A stretch of DNA of 62,459 nt, counting the filler, from Vermamoeba vermiformis (Eukaryota), in the NCBI GenBank assembly GCA_045837725.1. It is 7 parts of 7 records of this genome, joined end to end, with 100 filler letters (N's around TTAATTAATTAA, not from the genome) between each part and the next. Parts side by side here need not be neighbours in the genome. Positions count along the whole stretch, not along the records: positions 8,389 to 30,067 come from JBEWZL010000268.1; 6 more parts are not named here. The stretch is one strand, 5' to 3'. A program made the translations under genes and the position numbers. Shown in pieces: positions 11,898 through 25,791 of this stretch. The notes under the pieces were generated by a model, which did not search any database, was not told where the DNA came from, and worked only from the letters and a program-made list of their open reading frames with translations. Each line of letters begins with the position of its first letter. The first letter of the stretch is position 1.

Positions 11898-14800
11898 ATG
11901 ATGAAAATAGCATTGTTGGTAACGACTTTATCCATAATTACTACAGCTTTGGCCGGTAAGTGTCGTACTTTTAATATATATAATAAACGTATTTATTGAA
12001 GTGGGAATACTGTACATAAAATTACGAACTATCATCGTAATTCCAACCAAATTTAATTTTTTTTTTCCTTTATTTGTATAAATTAACACTAAATTCCAAT
12101 TTAGCGGCTAATACTATATGGACTTACACATCGGGTACAAAATTGCTTGACGCGGACTCAACGTATTTCCAAAAGGTTGAAACACGCGTGATCCTCGATC
12201 AACTTGCAACACCTACTACGTACCTTTTGTGCATTGCAACCCTATCTAAAGAGAATATAGTGCATATTGAACAAAGAAGATTTGTTGTCGGTCAAACAGG
12301 AGCAGAAGGACCAGAACTCGTTCCGTTGGATCCGCCGTTCAATATCTCAGCTAGTTATAAAGATGTAGATATTGTAGATGGAGCTGATGAATGTCTATTT
12401 GCGGTACTATCGCAAGATCAGGTACTTTCACTAAATACATTTCGTAACTGATCTAGGTCTTTCGTTACACGGAGCCCTTATTAATCGTATTGTTTAATAG
12501 ACGCTTATTATTGGCTCTCAAGCCCCACTAGTCAACGTCTTTGATCGAATCGAAGTTGTATCGAGGAACGGCACTTTTTACGTTATCTCGGCATTGGAAG
12601 TAAGTCTCCACTGTACTCCTTACTAGACTTTTTCCGTTAACATCATTTGATTATAGAATCTATTGGATATTCCGCGAGAATTTTTTGGCGATATTGTGCT
12701 GCCTAATTCATTTTCCTTCGAGACTACGGCGAAAAGTAAGTCGACCGATCTGAACTAATTCCCTGAATTTATGTTGCTACAATCTTATCATAAATGTATA
12801 TTAATAGCTGATTTCTTAGAGAGTGGTAATTTTTTCATCGCTTCGTCTTGGAGTCCAACAGATCAAGCGCCAATCACGTTGCTCGGCACCGATCAAACAG
12901 ACGCTGATTATCTTCTCTCATTTGCTAACACCACTTATCCGACCATGGCAGTATATAATGAATCATTTTTACTCTTGTGTGCTGAACACCCGACTGACGG
13001 CGTACGTGCCTGACCTTGCGTTGCAATAATTCTACGCGATCATGTTCGAGGTTTCTGACTTGCCTTTTTTTGATCAGATTCCCTGTGCGCTGCACCCTGG
13101 CGATAATACTGGTCAATTAATTATTGCTAATAACGCTACTAGCACTTACTTCCAGCCAAGAGTATCGAAAGTAAATGACGTGTCAGATCTGATGTTTTTG
13201 ACTGCGATGGTCAATGACACAACACAAGTCAGCCCCGGCATTGAAATAGACATTTTAGATCCGGACAGACAAGTCATATTCCAAACGCGAGTCACACGCG
13301 ACTCTCCGTACCTCATGGATGCAGTGTCCATCGACAACTACTTGTTCTTGACTTACACAGATTCAACTGGACTAAAGATGGATGTCATGTATTGGGGTGT
13401 AAGTACAGAGCGCTTAGTACGTCCTGTCCAGCATGTCGCTAATGCAAGTTGTTTCTAGGAATCAGTACCACCGTTTCCACCCCCACTAGCACCGCCAGTG
13501 GCGGCACCCGTTACAGTTATTACGCCCGAACAAGCACCAAAAAGCGAAAATATCGATAGTACGCCACAAGTAGGACTGTCAGGTTCATCTATCGGTGCAA
13601 TTGTCGGATCAATCGTTGGAGCGGCACTTGCAGTAGGAGCAATCGTGCTTGCAGTGTTGTTGACTCGTAGCAATCGCCAGAGAAAAGCAGCGAAACAGAA
13701 TGAAGAAGCCATGTCACCAAAAGAGCAAGACTCGAGTATCTATGACAGCGAATCTTCGTCATCAAGTGTCACGCAATACGAGACTGTTAATGTGCCAGAT
13801 ACTCAGTCGACGCAATTGGTCAAGCAAGATACTTCAGGTTACCACGAGTTCTCGAATACTACCACAGGCCATTACTCTGAGACGCCTGCAACACAACACC
13901 AAGCAAATGTCACTGAAGAAGCAATGTTGCCACCGGCAGAGATTGAAAAGCGAATGAGAATTCCGTACAAGAGTCTTGTGTTCAATTTTGAACTCGGTTC
14001 AGGAAACTTCGGCAAAGTATTCAAAGGGTACGTCGTTAAGCTATTAGACCAATAGCAATTGACGCTAAGTTGACTCTGCGTACAGTGAATGGAACGGAGC
14101 TGAAGTTGCTATTAAAGTCAGTAACGAGCTGGCAGACACCGACGAGTTCCTTGCTGAGGCGAAGCTTACGCTGTAAGTAGAACAATGTACGCCAAGAAAC
14201 TCGTCTAACAATTATCGTTTGAAGTGGTATCAACCATCCAAACGTTGTACAAACGTTCGGTGTCAGCCTTGATGGACCCAATCCGTGCATTGTCCTTGGA
14301 TTCTGTGGTGGTGGCAGTCTCGATCGATTGCTCAAAGACAAAAGCACTCCACTTGACAACAATCAAAAGCGAGACTACGCACTGAAGATTGCATATGGAC
14401 TGTTGCATCTTCATCAAAACAACATTGTGCATCGTGACTTGGCAGCACGCAACATCTTGTTGGCAAATGATGGCACACCCAAGATCTCTGACTTTGGCAT
14501 GTCACGTGTCATCACCAGTGCATCGTCGGTCGGAAAAACAAAACAGACTATTGGTCCTTTGCGATGGATGGTACGTTCTGCTGGCAGTTCTCACGTACCC
14601 CAATAATCATGTGTAAAGTTCGCTCGTACCTTTTCTCATCGTATTGCTAATAGGCGCCTGAGAACATCGAAAGCCAAACGTACAGTCCCAAGTCAGATGT
14701 GTGGAGTTACGGAATATTAGGTACGATGGCGATGCTCACGCGCTAAACGAAATACTAACAATAGTGGTCAGTGTGGGAGATTGTTGCTCGTCGAGAACCA

Positions 14801-15036
14801 CATCTCGATGCAGATCAATTGCTCGTTGGTGCACGTATTCGCGATGAAGGATATCATCCATCAATTCCCAATGAGTGCGAGCCAGTGCTGAAACGAGTGA
14901 TGGAGCTCTGTTGGCAGAAAGATCCCAAGGATAGACCTGTAAGTACTATCATAATTGTATGATTACAATGCCTAATTCGATTGCCTAGACTATGGAGGAT
15001 ATTGTTGGCGTGCTTCGATCTAATCCGAAGGTGTAA
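11898..15036 (+). CDS. receptor tyrosine-kinase-like protein, tandem copy 1
   Basis: Signal-peptide exon MMKIALLVTTLSIITTALA, multi-exon ectodomain, Pro/Thr stalk, TM IGAIVGSIVGAALAVGAIVLAVLL + basic stop, kinase LGSGNFGKVFKG, HRDLAARN, DFG, PLRWMAPE, KSDVWSYG. Confidence 0.88.
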
Positions 15037-15352
15037 ACTTTTTCTTGTGGCTTGGCGTTGCTTTTATTTGAAGCTGCCAAATAGAGAAAGTACAGCACCC
15101 ATATGAGGAAGATCGGTCTTCTTTAACGAATACGTCAAGGAGTTGGACTCGATCCGATCGAAAAGGTAGTTTTATCGAATTTTCTTTTAAACGCCAACAA
15201 TTGAAATAAATTTAACGAAGCCTTGACAAGGCCACACAACGTTTATCCGAATTTAATTGTTGCTGTTTCAACGGTTACAAAAATAGACAAATTTAAATTT
15301 TTAATCTTTAACAATTATAATTTCGTGTCCCACAATGGCGTGATAAATTATC

Positions 15353-18300
15353 ATGCAAAAATTAATATTGTTTGTTATCTCCATAATAATACTTCAAGTC
15401 ACGATTGTTAACGGTACGGTTGCAGAAGTCAAGACTATTATATTCAATTTACTAAAAAAAAAAACCCTAATTTATTGTATTCATTTAATTAAGTAAATGC
15501 GAAAACGTACACATTTCCACGCGATAAATTTAATCAGTACTAAAATTAGCATTTTATTTTCCATAACATTTTTCTAATCCTCTCTTTCAGCCGCCAATAA
15601 CATATGGACATACACATCAGGAACAAGATTAATTGATGCCGATCCAAACTATTTTCGAAAACTTGAAACACGAGTGCTCCTCGATCCACTCGCAACACCA
15701 ACGACTTACGTTATCTGCATTGCAACAATCTCATCTCAACAAAATCTCATTCACGTAGAACAAAGAAAATTCGTTATTGGTCAAACAGGAGCAGAAGGAC
15801 CAGAACTCGTTGCTTTCGATCCGCCGTTCAACATCTCAAGTAGCTATCGAGATGTCGACATTGTGGATGGCGCAGATGAGTGCGTATTTGCCGCGCTATC
15901 TCAGGATCAGGTAAGCGATACTATCTTAATAAACTCGTTAACTTGTCGTACTGGTACTGATAAAATATGAACAACAGTATCTTACAATTGGTACACAACC
16001 TCCACGAACGCACTATTATGATAGAATTGAAGTCGTAATGAGCAACGGAACGTTTTACACGGTCAGTGCCAACCAGGTAACAATGAGTGTTTTACGATAC
16101 TACACTATTGTAGTCCTAATGACCCCACCCCAATAGAACTCTTTGCTACCTCCAGCGCCGTTTTGGGTTGGCTTTTTGTATCCCAGCCAGTACTCGTTTG
16201 AAACGATGGTTGAAAGTAAGTAGGACTTAAAACACGGCACCGAATTTACCACTTGGTTCCCATTGATGATCGGCCTAGCAGTGGTTAATTAATTGTCTTT
16301 TTAGAATCTAATGGCCAATTCTGGATCGCATCTTCGAGCTCGCCAACAGAAAACGCAGGAATGTCAATACTCGGCACCGATAAAACAGACACCGAGACCT
16401 TGTCTTCGTTCAATAATTGCACCTTTCCGACAATAGCCGCGTTCAATGATTCGTTGTTGCTACTGTGTGCCGAACATCCTCTTGGTGTAAGTTTTTTTAA
16501 TCAACAGATACTTTCAGCGACTTGTCAATTGATTCATTACTTCAAACTTCAAGTACTAATTTATAATACGTTAGGTTCCTTGTGCTGTTTTTCCGTCAAC
16601 GGATATCAAAGGTCAATTAATCATCCCGAACTCCGCGACATTGACATACACCAAGCCGAGAATATCAAACGTCAACGATACGTCCAATCTAATGTTTTTG
16701 AGTGCACTTCTGAACGACACAACTCAACCTGCACAAAACGGCCTGCAAATAGAAATTGATATTGTGAATTCAAACAGACAAAGGCTGCTCCAAAGACGAT
16801 TCACACGCGACTCTCCGTACCTCATGGATGCAGTATCCATCGACAACTACTTGTTCTTGACTTACACGGATGCAACTGGACTGAAGATGGATGTCATGTA
16901 TTGGGGTGTAAGTTGCTTGCAATCGCTGTTCAAAGATACAAAGGTTAAATATTGCGATAGGAATCCGCGCCTCCTTTTCCAACGCCGATCTCACCACCTA
17001 TACCGGAGCCTATCTCTACACCAGAATCGGCGCCGTTAGCAACTCCCGTCTATATACCCGTCAATGACGCCTCACCCACGAACACACCAAAAAGTGATCA
17101 GAGCATTGATGGAGCGCCACAAGGAGGACTATCAGGTTCATATATTGGTGCAATTGTCGGATCAATCGTCGGAGCAGCACTCGCAGCAGGAGCAATCGTT
17201 CTTGCAGTGCTGTTGACTCGTCGCAATCGTCAGAGGAAAGCAGCGAAACAAAATGAAGAAGAAATGTCATCAAAAGAGCAAGACTCGACAAGTAGTCATG
17301 ATAGCGAATCTTCGTCCTCATTATCCAGTGAACGCAATTACGGAAATGAATCAAACAATGAGCCAACTCTTATCAATACTGCAGGATACACGGACGAGAA
17401 TTGGCCTTATCAACCTATATCGAACGTTGCCAGAACAGCGAATGTACCAGCAACGGAGATCGAAAAGCGAATGAGAATTCCGTTCAGAAGTCTCAAGTTT
17501 GCTTTTGAGCTCGGCTCAGGAAACTTCGGCAAAGTATTCAAAGGGTACGTCGTAGTCAAGCGATCAATGAATTACCATCTAACATCGGTTTTTCAGTGAA
17601 TGGTACGGCGCTGAAGTTGCAATCAAAGTCAGCAACCAAGTCACGAACACTGAAGAGTTCCTTGCTGAAGCAAAGCTCACGCTGTACGTTGCATGAGTTT
17701 TCTGCCATCATTGTCTAACGCTTGTTTCACAGAGGTATTATTCCACACCCTAATCTCGTACAAACGCTTGGAGTGAGCCTTGACGGACCCAATCCGTGCA
17801 TTGTCCTTGGATTCTGTGGTGGTGGCAGTCTCGATCGATTGCTCAAAGACAAAAACACTCCACTTGACAACACTCAGAAGCGAGACTATGCACTGAAGAT
17901 TGCATATGGACTGTTGCATCTTCATCAAAACAACATTGTTCATCGTGACTTGGCAGCACGCAACATCTTGTTGGCGAATGATGGCACTCCCAAGATCTCT
18001 GACTTTGGCATGTCACGTGTCATCACGAGCGCTTCATCGGTCGGAAAAACAAAACAGACTATTGGTCCTTTGCGATGGATGGTACGTACTGCTGGCAGTT
18101 CTCATTCGTGCTCGTTGTCACTCGACTAATGTTTCTCAGGCGCCCGAGAACATAAAAAACCAAACGTACAGTCCCAAGTCAGATGTGTGGAGCTACGGAA
18201 TATTGGGTACGCTGTTCATTTTTCTCGTGCTTATCGAAAGGACGAAATACTAACGATGATGGTCAGTGTGGGAGATTGTTGCTCGTCGAGAGCCACATCT

Positions 18301-18541
18301 CGATGCAGATCAATTGCTCGTTGGTGCACGTATTCGTGATGAAGGATATCATCCATCAATTCCCAATGAGTGCGAGCCAGTGCTGAAACGAGTGATGGAA
18401 ATGTGTTGGCAGAAAGACCCAAAGGATAGACCTGTAAGTGCTATCATAAGTATATTTAAGCAAACTGACGCGAGAGATTAACTATTATTGCAGACTATGG
18501 AAGAAATCGTTGATGTACTGAGACCAAATCCGACCTCGTAA
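15353..18541 (+). CDS. receptor tyrosine-kinase-like protein, tandem copy 2
   Basis: Same exon layout as copy 1; signal MQKLILFVISIIILQVTIVN; stalk/TM exon from 16961 is in frame with ORF 17207..17599; same kinase motifs. Confidence 0.88.
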
Positions 18542-18772
18542 TGCTTGCTGCTATGATCCGCTATAAGTACGATTTTTGTGCATTCGGCAGGCTTTCGCAA
18601 CGGAATTTGGCTAGTAGTATACCTGATATATTGATAATATCTTCAATAGACACATACATTCCTCCTGTTTCCAAATATAGTAAATCTTGTTTTTGGCGCG
18701 TTAAACTTTCTATTTGATTTGACAAACTAAATCAACGCATTAACTGACTACCAATAATGGCATGGTAACATA

Positions 18773-21700
18773 ATGGTAAAATTTATCACGTTGGCAGCCT
18801 CGGCAGTGATATTGCTATTTGCCCTCGTAAACGGTAAGTTCCATCCGTGACAGGATCTCCTAAATTCCTATTTTTATTATGACTGCCTTAGCAATATTAA
18901 TCATGACGTTTCATTATCAATAAGTGCAACGCATGCAACAGTTAATAATTTTTACCTAATTTAATTAAAAAATAAAATAAATAAAATCTCACTTTTCTTA
19001 TTTAGCGGCCAATAACATATGGACATACACATCAGGAACAAAATTAATTGATGCCGATCCGAACTACTTTCGAAAACTTGACACACGAGTGCTCCTCGAT
19101 CCAGTCGCAACACCAACGACTTATATTATCTGCATTGCAACAATCTCATCTCAACAAAATCTCATTCACGTAGAGCAAAGAAAATTCGTTGTTGGTCAAA
19201 CAGGAGCAGAAGGACCAGAACTTGTTCCGTTCGATCCGCCGTTCAATATTTCTAAAGACTACCGAGACCTGGATATAATTGATGGAGCTGATCAATGCCT
19301 TTTAGCAGTATTGTCGCAAGATCAGGTACGTCTATTACTATTTTTAACCCGATCTGAGACCCTCCGTCGTTTATACGAATTTAAATTCATCTAATTTTTA
19401 ATTTAGTATCTTACCATTGCGTCTCAACCGCCTGAACGTAATTATTGGGAGCGAATCAAAGTTGTATCACAAAACGGAACGTTTTACTTGGCTCTTGCCG
19501 ATTCTTCCATCGTAAGCAAAATTCTATCGCTATATTCTGCTCTAAGATATCAAATTTTCTTATTATTTATCCAATAGCAATCTATGTTCGCTGTTTTTTT
19601 GGGATATACGGTGCCCAGCTATTACTCGTTTGAGACAACGGTAGAAAGTAAGCCAACCGTTCACTGAACGCGCGAAAGAATTTATCAATATTATTATCGT
19701 AATGCATACTTAATTCGTTGTAGAGAGTGGACGATTCTGGATCGCATCTTCGAATTCGCCGACAGAAAACCAAGGAATGTCCTTACTTGGCAGTGACCAC
19801 ACGGACATTTTGACACTCACCGACTTTCGTAATTGCACCTTTCCGACATTAGCTGCGTTCAATGAATCGTGGTTGATATTGTGTGCCGAACATCCTCTTG
19901 GTGTAAGTTTTTTCTTCGTTAGGCTTCAGCGACTGGCCAATTGAATCAGGATTTGACTATCAAATAATAACAAAGAAAATGTTAGGTTCCTTGTGCTTTT
20001 CATCCGTCATTTGACGTCAAAGGAAAACTCGTCATTACAAACTCGGCGACGCTGACATACACCAAGCCGAGAATATCAAAAGTCAACGATACGTCCGATC
20101 TAATGTTTTTGAGTGCACTTCTGAACGACACAACTCAACCTGCGCAAAATGGTCTTCAGATTGAAGTTGACATCGTGGACGCACAAGGCCAGAGAATTCT
20201 CCAAAGACGATTCACACGTGACTCTCCGTACCTCATGGACTCCGTGTCCATCGACAACTACTTGTTCTTGACTTACACAGATGCAACTGGACTGAAGATG
20301 GATGTCATGTATTGGGGTGTAAGTTGCTTGTCTTGCTGATCTCCATGACACAAATGTTAAATTTTGCTGATAGGACGCCGTGCCTCCTTTCCCGACACCA
20401 ATATCACCTCCAATAGCAGAACCGATCGCCACACCTGAATCCGTGCCAATGTCTAGTCCCACGTCAGCACCTGTCACCCAAACTGACGTCACGCCTTTTC
20501 AACAGCCAATGACTGATCAAAACATTGACGGAGCACCACAAGGAGGACTGTCAGGTTCATCTATTGGTGCAATTGTCGGATCAGTAGTCGGAGCAGCACT
20601 TGCAGCAGGAGCGATCGTGCTTGCAGTGTTGTTGACTCGTCGCAATCGTCAGAGAAAAGCAGCGAAACAAAGCGAAGAGATGTCATCTAAACAGCAGGAC
20701 TCGACGAGTAGTTCCGACAGTCCGAGCTCGTCATCAAGTGTCACGCCGTATGACGTGGTTAAAGTGCCAACCGGTCAGTTGACGCAAGAAGTTACTCAAA
20801 ATCCAGTTAGATCAAGGTACACGACCAACCCTACGAGTCACAATTCCGAGAATCTATTAATGCCTCAACCAACTTCGACTGTTCACAAAGAAAGTGCGCT
20901 ACCAGCAGCGGAGATTGAAAAACGAATGAAAATTCCGTTCAAAAGTCTCGTATTCAATTTTGAGCTCGGTTCAGGAAACTTCGGCAAAGTATTCAAAGGG
21001 TACGTCGTGGTTGATCAAGCAATGAGTTATGAAATCTAATATTGTTTCTCAGTGAATGGTATGGCGCTGAAGTTGCAATCAAAGTCAGCAACCAAGTCAC
21101 GAACACTGAAGAGTTCCTTGCTGAAGCGAAACTCACGCTGTAAGCTATCTCACGTACTTAAAAACCTATCTAATATTTCAATCGGCAGTGGTATTATTCC
21201 GCACCCTAATCTCGTGCAAACACTTGGCGTAAGTCTTGATGGACCCAATCCGTGCATTGTCCTTGGATTCTGCGGTGGTGGCAGTCTCGATCGATTGCTC
21301 AAAGACAAAAGCACTCCACTCGACAACACTCAGAAGCGAGACTATGCACTGAAGATTGCATATGGACTGCTGCATCTTCATCAAAACAACATTGTGCATC
21401 GTGACTTGGCAGCACGCAACATCTTGTTGGCGAATGATGGCACACCCAAGATCTCTGACTTTGGCATGTCGCGTGTCATCACGAGCGCTTCATCGGTCGG
21501 AAGAACTAAACAGACGATTGGCCCATTGCGATGGATGGTACGTACCTTTAATAGTTCCCAGTAGTCTTACCATATAAATTACCCATAAATTTACTAGTAA
21601 ATTAATCAGGCACCCGAGAACATAAAAAACCAGACGTACAGTGTGAAGTCAGATGTGTGGAGCTACGGAATATTAGGTACGATAATGATGTTCTCTAAAC

Positions 21701-21997
21701 GAAATACTAACAATAGTGGTCAGTGTGGGAGATTGTCGCTCGTCGAGAACCACATCTCGATGGAGATCAACTGCTCGTTGGTGCACGTATTCGCGATGAA
21801 GGATATCATCCATCAATTCCCAATGAGTGCGAGCCAGTGCTGAAGCGAGTGATGGAAATGTGTTGGCAGAAAGATCCAAACGATAGACCTGTAAGTAGTC
21901 GTACAATCATGATACTATGGATATTAAGTGGCATTATTAATGCTTATTGTAGACAATCGAAGAAATTGTTGACGTACTGAGATCAAACCAAAAGTAG
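18773..21997 (+). CDS. receptor tyrosine-kinase-like protein, tandem copy 3
   Basis: Signal MVKFITLAASAVILLFALVN; ectodomain exons paralogous to copies 1-2; TM and kinase motifs in ORFs 20380..21039 and 21052..21564. Confidence 0.88.
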
Positions 21998-22156
21998 CAC
22001 AAACCGTCCAAGTGTCGTTGTGATTCAATTACTATTTTTGGAACCGGCGAAAAAACTTGCAACAACTAAAGCGGCATTTTATTGTATTATTAGTAACAAG
22101 GTACGCCACAACCATAACCTGCGTCAGTGACAGTTTGACATGTTTTGAGTTGTGCA

Positions 22157-25100
22157 ATGAAGCCTGCGGTTAACTTAGTATTAATCGTAATTTTGTATTT
22201 TAGTCTGGATTATATCAATGGTATGTAATTTATTATAACTTATTTCATAGATGGCTAAATTTACGCCCTTATAAAATACAGAAAGATCCGATCTGCTATT
22301 GAATATTTTTAATTATTTATTTAATAGCAGCGCTAATTTTAATCTTTATTTTAGGTGCGAAATTATTTATTTATTCTTCTGACACCGTGATCCAAAATGT
22401 ATCAACGAACTACGTTGAGAAAATTGAAACTTACGTCTACCTCGATCCAAACGCAAATTCAACAACTTACATCATATGCATTGCAACTCTATCTACCCCA
22501 GCTCAAGCAGGACGCGTTTACATTGAAAAAAGAAAGTTTGTTGTTGGCGAAACTGGATCGAGTGGACCAGAACGCATTGCAGTTGCCAATCAATTCGAAA
22601 GCACTAAACAATACAAGGATATTGATATTATCAATGGTCCAAACGATTGCATCTTTTCTGCCCTTTCAACTGACAATGTAAGTCTCCTCCGGATTCGATC
22701 TGACGGCCTCAAACTAATTGTATTGATGTGTTTCTTTTAAGGCACTATACATAGGTACGGGAGATACGCCTTTTAGCTATATAGTTTTGCCTCGAGATCG
22801 ATTTGAGCTGACTGGCGATGGTCAAGCCTACTTGCTTTGGGCACAAGACGTACGAATAGCTTAATTTATTCGCGGAATTTTATCTAATTTAATTCCTCGC
22901 AGAGCTATGGCACTTATCCGCCGCCAGAGTTGTTTTATTATCAATTCTCGTCGTCCCATTCATTGGATGCGATTGCGTTACGTAAGAACGCTGCGATTAT
23001 TTCATTGCCTTAATTCTTACCTTAATTTAACAGCGAATGGAAACTATATAGGCGTAGCTGCGCCAACTCCGACTGGATCTCCAGCCTCCCTTCAGTTATT
23101 CGGAAACGGCACTGACACTGGAATTCTTTATCAAGTCTCGGCAATTTATCCATCTATTGCTGCATTCGCTGATAGCACTATTTGGGTTTGTGGCGAGGAT
23201 CAAACAGTCGGGGTAAATAAGAACTTCTTTTTTTTTCTGGTTGGATTCGCATCCACTGATCCGTTTTATTCATAGATTGTGTGCGGATTTCATCCCCAGG
23301 GCTCTTCACTAGACGATTCTTTTACTATTAGGCCAAACACTGCCTCGCTCACATTCCACAAGCCAATCATATCACTGGTGAACTCGACGACTTCTACCTT
23401 ATGCATGGGCTCGATAATAACCAACGGCACCACTAGTCAATATGAAATTGCAGCCGTAGATATAACCAAAGTGCTGCAAACTTATGTGAGGCGCGATGAC
23501 GCCTATCAACTACATTCAGTGGCCATGAACGGTTATATTTTTGCCACCTACACCACTTTAAATGCCAGCCAGATAGACGTCTATTATTTTGGCGTAAGTG
23601 GCAGCCTTTAAGCGTATGCTAGGTCTATTACTAAATTTTTACTGTTTAGGACCAAGCGCCGATCTTGCCGATTATGACACCTGTCAATCCGGTGACACCT
23701 GTCACTCCACCTGTCGAGCCATCGGCCAATAAGACCACAAGTGCAGAGCCCGTGATAGAGCCGTTAAGTTCGATTCAAAGCCCACAAGACTATGCATCAG
23801 TTACCGGTCCCAATGAGCTGACACCAGGTCAACTTGGCGCTGCAATTGGAGTGCCCTTAGGCGTCACTGTTCTCGGCGCTGGATTGCTCGTGCTGCTGCT
23901 GACGCTGCGAAGAAGAAGAAAGGCTAAAAAAGGCAATGACGAGCACGGGAACGATACTTCCATGGACATTGACAACAACTCGACACTAATGACATCTCTG
24001 TCTGACGCTGACAAGTACTCGCCTATGCCGGACGTTAACATCACGAACAAAGACGCTACTACGCGGTACATTGCACTAGAGTCGCTGGACATTGAACGCA
24101 GAATGCAAGTGCCGTACAAAAGTCTCGTGTTCTTGCGTGAAATTGGCGCTGGAAGTTACGGCAAAGTGTTTCAAGGGTAAAATAATTCTATTTTTACAAT
24201 AAGACTTAATGCTAAGCTGCTATGTTTAGTGAATGGCATGGTGCGCAAGTCGCTATTAAAGTCAGCAACTTTATGACAACAATGGATGAATTTTTAACTG
24301 AGGCCAGATTAGCGCTGTAAGTCTTGCGTAAACTTGATTGTTCGTGAAATTTAATGGTAATTACAGAGCGATTGCACCACACCCTAATCTCGTGCAAACA
24401 TTCGGCGTGAGTCTTGACGGACCCAATCCGTGCATTGTGCTCGAGTTCTGTGGCGGTGGCAGTCTCGACAAACTGCTCGAGAACAGTCCTAACAAGCTAG
24501 ACAATGCAGCTAAGCGACAAATCGCGATGAAGATTGCATATGGACTGCTGCATCTTCATCAAAACAATATTGTGCATCGTGACTTGGCAGCACGCAACAT
24601 TTTGTTGGCGAATGATGGCACTCCCAAGATCTCTGACTTTGGCATGTCACGTGTCATCAAAGACAACTCAGCGTCAGGCAAAACGAAGGCTACAGTTATT
24701 CCGCTTCGGTGGATGGTGCGTGCTGACTTGCCATTTTTTTTCTCGATTAACACGTTTGTTTCATGCTAGGCACCTGAAAACTTGCGTGATCGTTCGTACA
24801 GTATCAAGTCAGACGTTTGGAGCTACGGCATATTAGGTACGATAATAAGACCTGTTACTAAAGCTATTTTTAGCATCCCGTACTCCGGGCTGGCTGATTT
24901 CATTTTAATATCGCAATACCAATACAAATAGACCCGATAATATTCCCTTCAAACTTAACGCATCATATTTATGTTTATCGAGCATCCAAAGATGATACTA
25001 GACTAAATTAGTCTTTATAGTATGGGAAATCGTTACAGGACGAGAGCCGCATGACGACGAGGACCAACTCATGATAGGAGCACGTATTCGTGATGAAGGA

Positions 25101-25369
25101 TATCATCCATCCATTCCCAACGAGTGCGATCCGGCCCTGCAGCGAGCGATGGAAATGTGTTGGCAGAAAGATCCGAAAAATAGACCTGTAAGTATTGTTT
25201 GGCTTGATTCTAGAATCGAAATTATTGCAATACATTAGTACAATCGTTATTCAGTCGTCGCATTTCTGATCGCATCCTGAACTTTTTCAAGACAGACCTG
25301 TACTAACACTTAAATTTACAGACGATGGAAGAAATAACTCGCTTTCTTCGATCATTTAAACAAGACTAA
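22157..25369 (+). CDS. receptor tyrosine-kinase-like protein, tandem copy 4 (divergent ectodomain)
   Basis: Signal MKPAVNLVLIVILYFSLDYIN; TM AAIGVPLGVTVLGAGLLVLLLTL-RRRRK; IGAGSYGKVFQG, HRDLAARN, IPLRWMAPE. Confidence 0.87.
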
Positions 25370-25791
25370 GCTAAGAGCGTTGCTCCGAGCTCGAAGATGG
25401 ATACCAGCTTGGTATTGGTTTTAATTTCTAAATTGAGGCCTCAATGCTTCTGATGTATTGTGCTCATTATTGTAAGTATTCGGACTCATACTCGTGCTAG
25501 TCAACTCTGAAAAGACTAAATATCTGGTTAGAACACATGACGCGTAAACGGAATCACTCAAAGACCACGAAAACTTATCTCAATACACTCTATAACGGTC
25601 GCTAAAAACAGTATTGTAAGTAATGACATGCATTAAATACATATGTTAATATGTAGCCTTCAGCACGGCTGACGAATGGAGTGGTGAGGATCCTCACGCA
25701 ACCATAAATTTCCATAAAAGGCAAACGTTAAATCGTTGGGTTTTTTTGTTTAGTCATCCTGACCATACTTCACAATAGCAACAACACCACA

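Noticed and set aside
16961-17207. Apparent frameshift or missing TM segment in receptor kinase copy 2
   Set aside because: Manual translation from the acceptor at 16960 is open and in frame; the ORF track simply starts at a later GTG.
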